Shown here: in pieces, positions 27,399-41,138 of the stretch
Position numbering within the stretch: the stretch's first letter is position 1
Layout of the letters: the number at the start of each line of letters is the position of its first letter
Assembly (NCBI GenBank): GCA_032718475.1
Contig: JAUCBJ010003878.1
Coordinates: 8,588-72,587, forward strand
DNA: 64,000 bases
DNA from: Nemertoderma westbladi
Lineage: Eukaryota > Animalia > Xenacoelomorpha
Direction of reading: 5' to 3'
Notes under the pieces: model-generated
Seen by the model: the letters and a program-made list of their open reading frames with translations, nothing else
Told to the model about the DNA's origin: nothing
Databases searched by the model: none
Made by a program: the position numbers and the translations under genes

Positions 27399-30285
27399 GT
27401 GAGTGACACTGAAGGGAAGGTCGTATATACATGTTGGGGAGACTGATGAGAAGGTCGTACAGGTGGGTGACACTGAATGGTAGGTCGTAAAGGTGAGTGA
27501 CACTGAAGGGAAGGTCGTATAGGTGAGTGACACCCAATGGAAGGTCGTATAGGTGAGTGACACTGAAGGGAAGGTCGTATAGGTGAATGACACTGAAGGG
27601 AAGGTCGTACAGGTGAGTGACACTGTACTGAAGGGAATGTCGTATAGGTGAGTGACACTGAAGGGAAGGTCGTATAGGTGAGTGATACTGAAGGGAAGGT
27701 CGTATAGGTGTGTGACACTGAAGGGAAGGTCGTATAGGTGAGTGACACTGAATGGTAGGTCGTATAGGTGAGTTACACTGAAGGGAAGGTCGTATAGGTG
27801 TGTGACACTGAAGGGAAGGTCGTATAGGTGAGTGACACTGAACTGAAGGGAAGGTCGTACAGGTGAGTGACACTGAACTAAAGGGAAGGTTGTATAGGTG
27901 AGTGACACTGAAGGGAAGGTCGTATAGGTGAGTGACACTGAAGGGAAGGTCGTATAGGTGAGTGACACTGAAGGGAAGGTCGTATATTGGTGAGTGACAC
28001 TGAACTGAAGGGAAGGTCGTACAGGTGAGTGACACTGAACTAAAGGGAAGGTTGTATAGGTGAGTGACACTGAAGGGAAGGTCGTATAGGTGTGTGACAC
28101 TGAAGGGAAGGTCGTATAGGTGAGTGACACTGAAGGGAAGGTCGTATATAGGTGAGTGACACTGAACTGAAGGGAAGGTCGTATAGGTGAGTGACACTGA
28201 ATGGAAGGTCGTATAGGTGAGTGACACTGAAGGGAAGGTCGTATAGGTGAGTGACACTGAATGGAAGGTCGTATAGGTGAGTGACACTGAATGGAAGGTC
28301 ATACAGGTGTGTGACACTGAGGTCGTATATAGGTGAGTGACACTGAAGGGAAGGTCGTATAGGTGAGTGACACTGAAGGGAAGGTCGTACAGGTGTGTGC
28401 CACTGAATGGAAGGTCGTACAGGTTTATGACACTGAAGGGAAGGTCGTACAGGTGTGTGACACTGAAGGGAATGTCGTATAGGTGAGTGACACTGAAGGG
28501 AAGGTCGTATATAAGTGAGTGACACTGAACTGAAGGGAAGGTCGTATAGGTGAGTGACACTGAATGGAAGGTCGTATAGGTGAGTGACACTGAAGGGAAG
28601 GTCGTATAGGTGAGTGACACTGAACTGAAGGGAAGGTCGTATAGGTGAGTGACACTGAATGGAAGGTCGTACAGGTGTGTGACACTGAATGGAAGGTCGT
28701 ACAGGTGTGTGACACTGAAGGGAAGGTCGTATAGGTGAGTGACACTGAACTGAAGCGAAGGTCGTATATGTTAGTGACACTGAATGGAAGGTCGTACAGG
28801 TGTATGACACTGAAGGGAAGGTCGTTCAGGTGTGTGACACTGAATGGAAGGTCGTACAGGTGTGTGACACTGAAGGGAAGGTCGTATAGGTGAGTGACAC
28901 TGAACTGAAAGGAAGGTCGTATATGTTTGTGACACTGAATGGAAGGTCGTACAGGTGTGTGACACTGAATGGAAGGTCGTATAGGTGAGTGACACTGAAG
29001 GGAAGGTCGTATAGGTGAGTGACACTGAACTGAAGGGAAGGTCGTACAGGTGTGTGACACTGAGGGGAAGGTCGTATAGGTGAGTGACACTGAACTGAAG
29101 GGAAGGTCGTATATGTTAGTGACACTGAATGGATGGTCGTATAGGTGAGTGACACTGAAGGGAAGGTCGTATAGGTGTGTGACACTGAAGGGAAGGTCGT
29201 TCAGGTGGGTGACACTGAAGGGAAGGTCGTATAGGTGAGTGACACTGAAGGAAAGGTCGTATAGGTGAGTGACACTGAACTGAAGGGAAGGTCGTACAGG
29301 TGTGTGACACTGAAGGGAAGGTCGTATAGGTGAGTGACACTGAAGGGAAGGTCGTATAGGTGAGTGACACTGAAGGGAAGGTCGTATAGGTGAGTGACAC
29401 TGAACTGAAGGGAAGGTCGTACAGGTGTGTGACACTGAAGGGAAGGTCGTATAGGTGAGTGACACTGAACTGAAGGGAAGGTCGTACACGTGTGTGACGC
29501 TGAAGGGAAGGTCGTATATGTGAGTGACACTGAAGGGAAGGTCGTATAGGTGATTGACACTGAAGGGAAGGTCGTATAGGTGAGTGACACTGAATGGAAG
29601 GTCGTATAGGTGAGTGACACTGAAGGGAAGGTCATATAGGTGAGTGACACTGAAGGGAAGGTCGTATAGGTGAGTGACACTGAAGGGAAGGTCGTATAGG
29701 TGAGTGACACTGAAGGGAAGGTCGTATAGGTGAGTGACACTGAAGGGAAGGTCGTATAGGTGAGTGACACTGAAGGGAAGGTCATATAGGTGAGTGACAC
29801 TGAAGGGAAGGTCGTATAGGTGAGTGACACTGAAGGGAAGGTCGTATAGGTGAGTGACACTGAAGGGAAGGTCGTATAGGTGAGTGACACTGAAGGGAAG
29901 GTCGTATAGGTGAGTGACACTGAAGGGAAGGTCATATAGGTGAGTGACACTGAAGGGAAGGTCGTATAGGTGAGTGACACTGAAGGGAAGGTCGTATAGG
30001 TGAGTGACACTGAAGGGAAGGTCGTATAGGTGAGTGATACTGAAGGGAAGGTCGTATAGGTGTGTGACACTGAAGGGAAGGTCGTACAGGTGAGTGACAC
30101 TGAAGTGAAGGTCATATAGGTGAGTGACACTGAAGGGAAGGTCGTATAGGTGAGTGACACTGAAGGGAAGGTCGTATAGGTGAGTGACACTGAATGGAAG
30201 GTCGTACAGGTGTGTGACACTGAATGGAAGGTCGTACAGATGTGTGACACTGAAGGGAAGGTCGTACAGGTGAGTGACAATGAAG
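27395..30285. repeat. 30-bp (35-bp variant) intronic minisatellite ATAGGTGAGTGACACTGAAGGGAAGGTCGT
   Basis: About 90 tandem units filling nearly the whole intron (27399-30350). The first unit overlaps the exon/intron junction. Confidence 0.98.
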
Positions 30286-30350
30286 GAAAGATAACATTGT
30301 AACTAGAGTAACATTTAAATTTCTTAAAACTGTATTTTTGTATTTCCTAG

Positions 30351-30621
30351 AATGACGGCGCTGTTTGCTATTAACGTGTTAGCGGCTGCGATTGGTTGCG
30401 AATGCCTCCAGCAGACCTTAGTTCCCACAGTCCTCGGCATGGCGCGAGACGACGTAGCCAATGTCCGCTTCAACGTCGCCAAGACCTTCAGACACATCTG
30501 CCCCATCGTGGATCGCGCCACAGTCAACGAGAAAATAAAGCCGACCCTCGACAAAATGCAGCAGGACTCGGACACGGACGTTCGATTCTTCGCTACAGAA
30601 GCTATTACCGCACTCGGTTAA
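30351..30621 (+). CDS. PPP2R1A: PP2A scaffold A subunit, exon 2
   Basis: tatttcctAG acceptor. The AG|A join restores NYLHRMTALFAINVL; continues VANVRFNVAK...DSDTDVRFFATEAI..G*. Confidence 0.96.
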
Positions 30622-31855
30622 TTACTTATTCAGACAGCATTGTGTTTAGTTAAGTTGAATACTAACGAATAATCCATTTCAGTAGTAATTTTACACCGTC
30701 CAGTATATGTATAAATTACCGACGCTATTTGGGGGGGGGGGGGGGGGGGGGTAAATGTTGTGGCTGATTTGGGGAATTCTTTAATCAGCTGAGGTCTTGG
30801 CCAATCACCGACTGATTATTGTGGCGACGACTGATTTTGGGAAATAATTAATTAAGATGCCGATGGTAACAAACAAATATCGCTATTTATATGCCGTTTA
30901 TCCATTAGTTTCCGTTATTAATTATGCATATATACTTGGTTTTTAATAATCGTTCAACATAATATTGTTATTTTGAATTAATCCCATTCCATTATTGGTG
31001 ATTCAATATTATACATTCCCCCTTCGGCCTCGGCCGATAATCGGCGGCTCTTTCGGCCCTCCCGGAAATCGTATATAATATCAGTTAAGTAGGGTTTAAA
31101 AAATTCATAGACTTTCTTTAATTTATTAATTACGTGAAATATTTCAATGACATTTTTGAAATTTAATGTTTTTTAATTTAATGAAATTTATTCCCCAATC
31201 ATAGAACCATAGAACCATATCCAGCCATGTCCACATTTTGTCATTCCGAGAAAAATGCGTTTACTAATGATTACTATTACTAATGATAATGGTTTTGCAA
31301 TGGAAATATTGTCCCAACCTCAAATAAAAGGCATTATATCAAAAAGTTTGGAATAGGTGTTTCCAATTTTGAAAACCACCGAATTTTTCTAATTTTTTGG
31401 ACATGACTCTTTCTTACAAAATTGAAATCCCAAATCGCTGTAAGCAAAAATGGGCCATGTCCAAAAATGATGCGTTTTAAAAAATTATAATTATTATTAG
31501 TCATAGTAAGTGTAGGAAATTAAACTTTCTCCATCTTTGTTAGGGTTAAATGCTGTTGCGTTACCCTACCTGTTATTTAACTGCCCACTAAATTATATTT
31601 AAAATGGACCATGTCGCAGATGTCCTGGAAAATAATGTGATAAAATGAGCCACGTCCATGGACATGGCTTATTATTGTAATACCCACCCTCGTTATTGGA
31701 CATGGTTCATTTCTCCGAAATATGTGATTTGGACATGAGTTTTATGACTTATATACCAGATCTGCTAGTTTGAATGCAGATATGGACTTTATCATGGAAA
31801 CTAATGTTATTCAGCATTCCCACAGTAACATTAACACAAAATTTTACAAAATGTG

Positions 31856-32493
31856 GATATGGCTGGTTAGTGGTAACCAGTGGGACATGGCTGGTTAGTG
31901 GCAACCAGTGGGTCATGGCTGGTTAATGGCAACCAGTGGGACATGGCTGGTTAGTGGCAACCAGTGGGACATGGCTGGTTAGTGGTAACCAGTGGGACAT
32001 GGCTGGTTAGTGGTAACCAGTGGGACATGGCTGGTTAGTGGTAACCAGTGGGACATGGCTGGTTAGTGGCAACCAGTGGGACATGGCTGGTTAGTGGTAA
32101 CCAGTGGGACATGGCTGGTTAGTGGTAACCAGTGGGACATGGCTGGTTAGTGGTAACCAGTGGGACATGGCTGGTTAATGGCAACCAGTGGGACATGGCT
32201 GGTTAGTGGTAACCAGTGGGACATGGCTGGTTAGTGGTAACCAGTGGGACATGGCTGGTTAGTGGTAACCAGTGGGACATGGCTGGTTAGTGGCAACCAG
32301 TGGGACATGGCTGGTTAGTGGTAACCAGTGGGACATGGCTGGTTAGTGGTAACCAGTGGGACATGGCTGGTTAGTGGTAACCAGTGGGACATGGCTGGTT
32401 AGTGGCAACCAGTGGGACATGGCTGGTTAGTGGTAACCAGTGGGACATGGCTGGTTAGTGGTAACCAGTGGGACATGGCTGGTTAGTGGCAAC
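31856..32493. repeat. 28-bp minisatellite AGTGGGACATGGCTGGTTAGTGG(T/C)AACC; resumes at 34255-34369
   Basis: Tandem units are directly visible. Each unit contains the hairpin CTGGTTA-GTGG-TAACCAG. Confidence 0.97.
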
Positions 32494-34254
32494 TAGGGAT
32501 GCGACAGAGCTCCGGCTCCGGAAATCCGGAGCTCCGGGCCAATTTTCTAGTTCCGGCTCTGGTTCCGGCTCCGGGCAAATTAACCCGGAGCCAATCCGGA
32601 GCTTATATTGTTTAAATTAAAATTAAAATAATAAGTTTTTCTGATGTATGAATAATGTAAATATCATAGTAATTAACATAATAACTCATTAAGTAATTTA
32701 CAGCTTGTTTTTTTTAAGTTTCCTGATAACATCCCACCCCCTATGTGAAATTGTTTAAATGTTTGAACAAAAACATTGAAATGATTCAGTTAATTCAATT
32801 AATATTCTCCCCTAATTAAAAAATCTTAAATACGTCACACTATCGTTTCGTTCGTCTCCAGAACCTCCATTCCACTGACCCCCCCCCCCCCCCTCCCATC
32901 CCCAACAGGCTGGTACTGTTCATTTGTATAAAATAATAAGTTTAAATACTTATAATTCTAGAACTATTTTATATTATAGAACTTTATTAAATTGATGTAA
33001 TAATAATTTTAGTAGTTATACAATATTTGTGTGCGGAGATTGTATTTCAGTTCCTGATTCAATAATGTAAATAGAGCCCGAGGACCCTCTAAACAGTTGT
33101 GATATATCCAAATTACTAATATTATTTTAGATATCCGGTTTATGCCAGCCTACGTACGTACTGTGAGGTAGGTGGTACATGTTTTAGCGTTTATCAATGA
33201 CAATATGTGGCTGGCCACGAGAAAAGGGACCTTATGTCACCGGGGGTCGATTTTGAGTTATTAGGCCTATGAGATGCAGAATTTTCCAGAGATCTTAACA
33301 AAAAAAACTGTGTCTCAATATCTATTTCCAAAAAAAAGTTATAGCGATTTATGTGAAGGTGATTCGGGTAGCTCTTTTCAAAATGAATTTGTTATTAAAA
33401 AAAATGGAAAATATTAATAATATCATAGCAATTCTTACTATATAGTTAGGCAGCTCAATGTTATTCGGCTTTTTATACAACTTTTAACACTTTGAAACTA
33501 TTATTGTGGTTAAAGAAATATTTTAAAAAAAAATGTAAGCGAAAATTTTTTTTTTCAAATTTAAATAAAATAATTATTTTAAACAAATATTTAAAACAAA
33601 TATTAATTTCCAGGAGTTGGTTCAGTATTCTTTATATTATAATGAATACTGCACCAACTCCTGGAAATTAATCACACAATGTCACATAAAATAGTGTCGA
33701 TGATAAGTTGACAACAAACCGAAGTTACTGATAGCCTAGTCGTAAGAAATATAAAAATAACAGAGTTTGTGTAATGAGTGTGAACTGAAAAGTCTAAAAC
33801 ATTAGTATATTTTAGCCCATTGAACACCAGATAAGGGAGTCTTTGGACGCAATTAAAATGCATCCCTCTCCAGGAGAAAATCGACGCAAATAACTGCAAA
33901 TTACTCCCAAAAATATAATTGTAACCTGTTCTATTGAATATAGTTTATTGTTTTGATTAGAATAGAATAGCATGCGACTGCAAACTGCTCATTTCCCTTA
34001 ATTGATAATTGAGTAAGAATTTGCATCAAATCCCCCCCCCCCCCCCCTCCCCTGTTTAATGGACGCATATCTGTCTATGTCTACTATAATAATACACTTG
34101 AATTATCAATCACCAAACCTCCGGGCTCCGGCTCCGGATGACATTTTAGCTCTTATTATAAGAAGGGATCTAGGGGTCTTACACAAACACCTCGAAAAAT
34201 ACAGCTTGCCAACACATTGTTACTATCAATAATTTTAGCTCTGTCGCACCCCTA
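32494..34254. mobile_element. Non-autonomous hAT element inserted in the 28-bp array
   Basis: 18-bp TIRs TAGGGATGCGACAGAGCT / AGCTCTGTCGCACCCCTA (1 mismatch). Perfect 8-bp TSD GTGGCAAC at 32486-32493 and 34255-34262. TCCGG subterminal repeats. Confidence 0.92.
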
Positions 34255-36393
34255 GTGGCAACCAGTTTACCTGGCAACCTGGTTAGTGGTAACCAGTGGG
34301 ACATGGCTGGTTAGTGGCAACCAGTGGGACATGGCTGGTTAGTGGTAACCAGTGGGACATGGCTGGTTACGGCTATAAGGGGTCGATATTGTATTTTAGA
34401 GTTACAGACTGTTTTACTAGTCTGTATTATGCTTTTGCCTCCTCCCACTACATTAATAATTATCGATCTAAGCTTGGAAATCATCAATAATAAGTTGTTA
34501 TATTATAATTATTATAATATTAATTAAATCATCAATAATAAGTCCCAACCCAACTTTATCTAACTAAACCTAAACAGTCTAGTCTTCAAACCCCTCGGAC
34601 TCCAATTCCCCATCGCTTACTTGCCCTACTTTACGAGTAGGCCAGTAGGGACTGGGAGTTCCAACATTACCTTTGGGAGTGGGGTGAACGAACACCGATC
34701 GAACAACCCCTCGATTGTTCACAATGTCCCGACAATCATCCGACTGGTGGTGACTGGTGATGTAGCATTGACGTGATGGCAAGCTGGGGGAGTCGTCTTC
34801 TAGTAACAGAGACTCTCTCAGCACCAACTTCGTCAACCTGTTTATTAATCTCTGAGGAGATAATATCGGTGGGGTGACGCTTGGCTTTGTTGAACCCAGA
34901 AACATGGGAATATGATGTAATTTATTACCCCTCCCCCCCCCCCCCCCCCACGAACTTTGGTCCATGGGATGGATGTCTCATAACCCTACTTACTGTACTT
35001 ACTGACTTAGTTATCTAGTACCCACTCTAACTGACTAAATGATTCCTGAATGCATCGATTTTTCTATAAAAGATTCGCAATAGTTTAAATTGGGAGACAA
35101 TTCAGTTTTACAGTATTTAACAATCACGCATAAACAATTACGTTCTCCTTCATAAACTTCCCGCTTCATAAAATAGGCCCCAGGTACCCCTCATCCCCCC
35201 AATTCCACCCCCTGCATTGTTCAATTTAAAAAAATTCAAAAAATTAATTATATTTCACAAAAAAAATCAAAAAAATGTTTCTTTGTTAAGTTTCTGTATC
35301 ATGAATTTTTTAAACCCTAAAAATAAGACAACTACAAATAGAGGGAATATATTTATTCGGTAATATAACTAACTATTTGTGGTATTGTACCCTGGATTTT
35401 TATCTAAACACAAATAAATTATCGTTTCTTTATCATTATTTTTGTGTTCAGGTCAAATCCAAGGCTTATTTTCCAAGAATAGGACTTATTAGAGGAATTA
35501 TGTAATTTTATACTTTTACTACCCGGAAATGCCTACCTTTTCCCCAGATCAGCCACAACACTCATCCTGTCTAGTCTGGCATTGCTGTGCCAGAATATAG
35601 TTTGTAAAGAAATGGTTTATGTTTCTCTCTAACCTGTAGTAAAAACCTTTATCTAAAAATACAAAAATAACAGTAACAATATACCATATTTCCTTAAATT
35701 CGGAACGGGTGAAATTATAGCCTTGTACTTGTAATATTAATGGCCCAACGCAGAAAACGTAACATTTTAAATACTAAATATTATAAAAAAGAGATGGCGT
35801 ACAAATAGAAAGTATTGCACAACCAGTGATTTTGTGTGACACGCACCAACATCACCACACCATACCGACAGAAATATTTTAATATTTAATTATAAACTTT
35901 TTTTTTTAATAAGTTACCTGTCCTGTAGTTTAATTTTTTTCCTAAATATCAATATCATTAAATTATTTGTAATTATGTTGTATCATATTTCCCCATTCCT
36001 CGAGGGAAAAGAGTTAAATTAAATATTAATTGTTGAAATGAAGAACTGAACCTTACCAAGCGGTTTAAAAATCCATATTAATGTAAGTCTTATATTTATT
36101 TTCGAGAGATTTCAGTTAATAATAACAGGTTTTCAGGTTCATAAACTATTTACAGACAGTCCCAACTCGTACACAATGGGTCGGTTTGATTGGCTGTTTC
36201 CATAGGAATGATAACCTGGACTTTGCTGTGATTCGCTAATGAACGACGTATTTAATAAATATTATATAGTTAGGGTTTGTTTGTATGACGTCACCTGCAA
36301 ACTTGGTAATTATAATTTATTATGTTGTTTGTTAAAAAAAATATATTTCATTCAATTATAACAAATGGAATCAACTTTGTTTGCATAAGTTGG

Positions 36394-37560
36394 TACAATG
36401 TTAATGACTTATTAATACAGTACCTACAATGTTAATGACTTATTAATACAGTACCTACAATGTTAATGACTTATTAATACAGTACCTACAATGTTAATGA
36501 CTTATTAATACAGTACCTACAATGTTAATGACTTATTAATACAGTACCTACAATGTTAATGACTTATTAATACAGTACCTACAATGTTAATGACTTATTA
36601 ATACAGTACCTACAATGTTAATGACTTATTAATACAGTACCTACAATGTTAATGACTTATTAATACAGTACCTACAATGTTAATGACTTATTAATACAGT
36701 ACCTACAATGTTAATGACTTATTAATACAGTACCTACAATGTTAATGACTTATTAATACAGTACCTACAATGTTAATGACTTATTAATACAGTACCTACA
36801 ATGTTAATGACTTATTAATACAGTACCTACAATGTTAATGACTTATTAATACAGTACCTACAATGTTAATGACTTATTAATACAGTACCTACAATGTTAA
36901 TGACTTATTAATACAGTACCTACAATGTTAATGACTTATTAATACGGTACCTACAATGTTAATGACTTATTAATACAGTACCTACAATGTTAATGACTTA
37001 TTAATACAGTACCTACAATGTTAATGACTTATTAATACAGTACCTACAATGTTAATGACTTATTAATACAGTACCTACAATGTTAATGACTTATTAATAC
37101 AGTACCTACAATGTTAATGACTTATTAATACAGTACCTACAATGTTAATGACTTATTAATACAGTACCTACAATGTTAATGACTTATTAATACAGTACCT
37201 ACAATGTTAATTACTTATTAATACAGTACCTACAATGTTAATGACTTATTAATACAGTACCTACAATGTTAATGACTTATTAATACAGTACCTACAATGT
37301 TAATGACTTATTAATACAGTACCTACAATGTTAATGACTTATTAATACAGTACCTACAATGTTAATGACTTATTAATACAGTACCTACAATGTTAATGAC
37401 TTATTAATACAGTACCTACAATGTTAATGACTTATTAATACGGTACCTACACGTCCGTGGGGGCTGGTAGCTGGTAGTAGGGCTGACCGTTTATTAATAT
37501 AGTACCTACAATGTTAATGACTTATTAATTAATACAGTACCTACAATGTTAATGACTTAT
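36394..37560. repeat. 31-bp minisatellite TACCTACAATGTTAATGACTTATTAATACAG
   Basis: About 35 near-identical tandem units. Confidence 0.98.
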
Positions 37561-37887
37561 TAGTAGTAGTAGGATCGGCATGCTGCATTGCATCTGCATT
37601 TTTAAGAATGCTGTGCCGGCTTGTCAACAAAATTGCACCGCCACAACTCCCTATCACCCATGACATTTGCTAGATCATCCGCATCTTCAAGGCCAGTGTC
37701 CTTTAAGATGCGTCTCAAGAAAGTCATGGGCTGTCCACCATGCTTATTCACTCCATGAGGCTGCCAAAGTACAAGATTATGCACTGGCTGGTCCTCACGG
37801 CGAAAGCAATGTCCTGCAAAGCGGAGGCGATTTTGTTATAGTGTCAAGCTTGGGGGAACCAATGAGACACATCCAATGTTATATAGT
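37561..37887 (-). mobile_element. RTE-clade LINE, 3' fragment
   Basis: Near-identical to 51904-52222 (HNLVLWQPHGVNKHGGQP...DRELWR). Trinucleotide 3' tail. Confidence 0.88.
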
Positions 37888-39737
37888 GTCTTATTGACTT
37901 AATGTGTGTCTTATTGGCAATGACTTATTAATACAGTACCTACACGTCCGTGGGGGCTGGTAGCTGGTAGTAGGGCTGACCGTTTATTAATATATCTTTT
38001 ACTTCTCGAGATATGGGTGTCTCTCCGTTTGACTGTCGGTCTTTCCGTTAGTGCGGTATTTCTTCAAAACAATGGAAAGCATATTACCAAGCTAAAAAAA
38101 ATTCCTATATAGGGGTTTTCTTGGTCACTGACTTCATTTCCGATGTCAGTATTTAAATTTGGCGTCATCATCTTTGTGTGTATGACTGTCAGTCTGTCTG
38201 TCATCCTTCATCCATATAACCGACATCCTGGCAGTGAGACAAACAGTTTGAAGCCATCAAATGTGAAAGCTGAAAACTGTCACGAAATGCATTCTGCGAC
38301 CTAGAAAACACCCATAGCAAACATTTTAGAATTGTTTTGGATGTTCTACAGTAGATTTGGCAGACATTCTTAGATATTAACAACAGTTTTTGCGCGGGAC
38401 TTTAACACATTTCAAACATACATTACGTATAGTGACGTAATGAGTCATTTGATAAAAACTGACGTCATATCTGGTTTCCATGGCGTCAACTTATGCACTT
38501 ATGTATGATTTTTTTCGTACTAGGGTATAACTGTAATGCGGAATGGATTGCGCACCGGTGCGGTGCTCAAAGCTCAGTTTGTGTCAAATGTTGTTATGAG
38601 CACCGGAGCTCAAATAGGAGGTATTTCAGGGTTTTCATGATCAGGTGTAATATACACTGATCAGTTATAGTTTCCAAGAAATACTTATTGTTATTAGATT
38701 TACAACGTAAAATATGCATTTCAAATACAAATAAACAAACAAAGTAATACAAATATAATACAAGCATAAATAAAGGTATAATACAAATGTAGCCAGATTT
38801 ATAGCATCAAAGTTATTGCTGTAATGGGCAGACAAACATACAAAAAGTGGTCAAACGGACAGTTTAAATGTCCGAAAATAGTTGTATTGATCTAGAAAGG
38901 TATAGAGAAACAAATCAAAATCGGATCCAAAACCAAAACTGATCTAAGACCCAAAGCGATCTCATATACAAATTGCAATACTTCATTAGTGGGTAACTAC
39001 GGACTGGAAGTAGCTACAGACTACGGTAACTACGGACTACGGTAACTACGGACTACGGTAACTACGGACTTGAAGTAGCTACAGAGATGCAGTTTTTTGT
39101 AGAATTATTGCCTAATGATGAGGTATAGCAAAGATACCACTATGCGAAACAATTAACATCAATGATTAAAATGGTGCGCAAATCGCACTAAGTGTCAAAA
39201 CCAAGGAATTTATGTTCGCATTAGCAGGAATGCCATATAATGTGCACCGGTGCACATAACGCATTAACGGCCCCGGTGCACATAACGCATTAACGGCCCA
39301 ACACGTGGTTTTACTCCCGCGCTAACCTGTTAACGGCAATTTTCTCGGAATGCATTTTTTTATATTTAAATCACTACCCCTCTTCCATTTTCAACTAGTT
39401 TTGGTATCAATTGAAAGCTATTGGTGTGCGCAATAATAAATTTCAAGCAGTTTTTTTAGTTTTGCAATTGTTTATCTGTTATGACTTATTTTACGAAAAA
39501 AAAACAGTGTTTCTTTGAAAATTTGTAAATAATTTCGCAAATTTGCCGTATTTTCCTTGTTTTGTATTACTGATCCTTAAACATGAGATATTTTACATAT
39601 AAATTTAAATGTAAAATTTATACAATTAAAAATACAATAACAGACCAACAGGCACAAAACGTGCCATATTTTTTTTCGAACAAATGGATTTACGAAGCTA
39701 TCCATATTCATACTCAGTTTGGTAGGTGCTAAACTGT

Positions 39738-41062
39738 ACAACGAGCAACAATGACCAACAATGAGCAACAACGAGCAACAATGAACAACAACGAGCAACA
39801 ACGAGCAACAACGAGCAACAATGAGCAACAACGAGTAACAATGAACAACAACGAGCAACAACGAGCAACAATGAGCAACAACGAGCAACAATGAACAACA
39901 ATGAGCAACAACGAGCAACAATGAACAACAACGAGCAACAACGAGCAACAATGAACAACAACGAGCAACAACGAGCAACAACGAACAACAACGAGTAACA
40001 ATGAGCAACAACGAGCAACAATGAGCAACAACGAGTAACAATGAACAACAACGAGCAACAACGAGCAACAACGAGCAACAATGAGCAACAACGAGTAACA
40101 ATGAACAACAACGAGCAACAACGAGCAACAATGAGCAACAACGAGCAACAATGAACAACAACGAGCAACAACGAGCAACAATGAACAACAACGAGTAACA
40201 ATGAGCAACAACGAGTAACAATGAACAACAACGAGCAACAACGAGCAACAACGAGCAACAATGAGCAACAACGAGTAACAATGAACAACAATGAGCAACA
40301 ACGAGCAACAATGAGCAACAACGAGCAACAATGAACAACAATGAGCAACAACGAGCAACAATGAACAACAACGAGCAACAACGAGCAACAATGAGCAACA
40401 ATGAGCAACAACGAGTAACAATGAACAACAACGAGCAACAACGAGCAACAATGAGCAACAACGAGCAACAACGAGCAACAATGAACAACAATGAGCAACA
40501 ACGAGCAACAATGAACAACAACGAGCAACAACGAGCAACAATGAACAACAACGAGCAACAACGAGCAACAACGAACAACAACGAGTAACAATGAGCAACA
40601 ACGAGCAACAATGAGCAACAACGAGTAACAATGAACAACAACGAGCAACAACGAGCAACAATGAGCAACAACGAGTAACAATGAACAACAACGAGCAACA
40701 ACGAGCAACAATGAGCAACAACGAGCAACAATGAACAACAATGAGCAACAACGAGCAACAATGAACAACAACGAGCAACAACGAGCAACAATGAACAACA
40801 ACGAGCAACAACGAGCAACAACGAACAACAACGAGTAACAATGAGCAACAACGAGCAACAATGAGCAACAACGAGTAACAATGAACAACAACGAGCAACA
40901 ACGAGCAACAACAAGCAACAATGAGCAACAACGAGTAACAATGAACAACAACGAGCAACAACGAGCAACAATGAGCAACAACGAGCAACAATGAACAACA
41001 ACGAGCAACAACGAGCATGAGCAACAACGAGCAACAATGACCAACAATGAGTAACAAAGAAC
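39738..41062. repeat. 10-bp satellite (ACGAGCAACA / ATGAACAACA / ATGAGCAACA / ACGAGTAACA variants)
   Basis: About 130 in-register decamers with recurring higher-order patterns. Confidence 0.98.
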
Positions 41063-41138
41063 AACAAATTCCGAAATTAATTTTATAAAAAAATATTACA
41101 CAATCATAATACACTTATAATTTTTGTTGGGCACAGCT

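Larger units (their letters stand above)
31213..34374. mobile_element. MITE-like element whose right terminal motif is expanded into a minisatellite
   Basis: Left end CCATATCCAGCCATGTCCACATTTTG is the inverse of CAAAATGTGGATATGGCTGG (31848) and of the terminal GGACATGGCTGGTTACGG (~34370). GGACATGG/CCATGTCC motifs are scattered internally. Confidence 0.55.

Noticed and set aside
27362-30297. Long minus-strand ORFs (SVSLTYTTFP repeats)
   Set aside because: Antisense translation of the intronic minisatellite.
39105-39170. Second hammerhead-like motif (TGATGAG...stem...GAAAC)
   Set aside because: C3 is missing, the cleavage triplet and stem III do not form, and stem I is out of register. At best a decayed copy.
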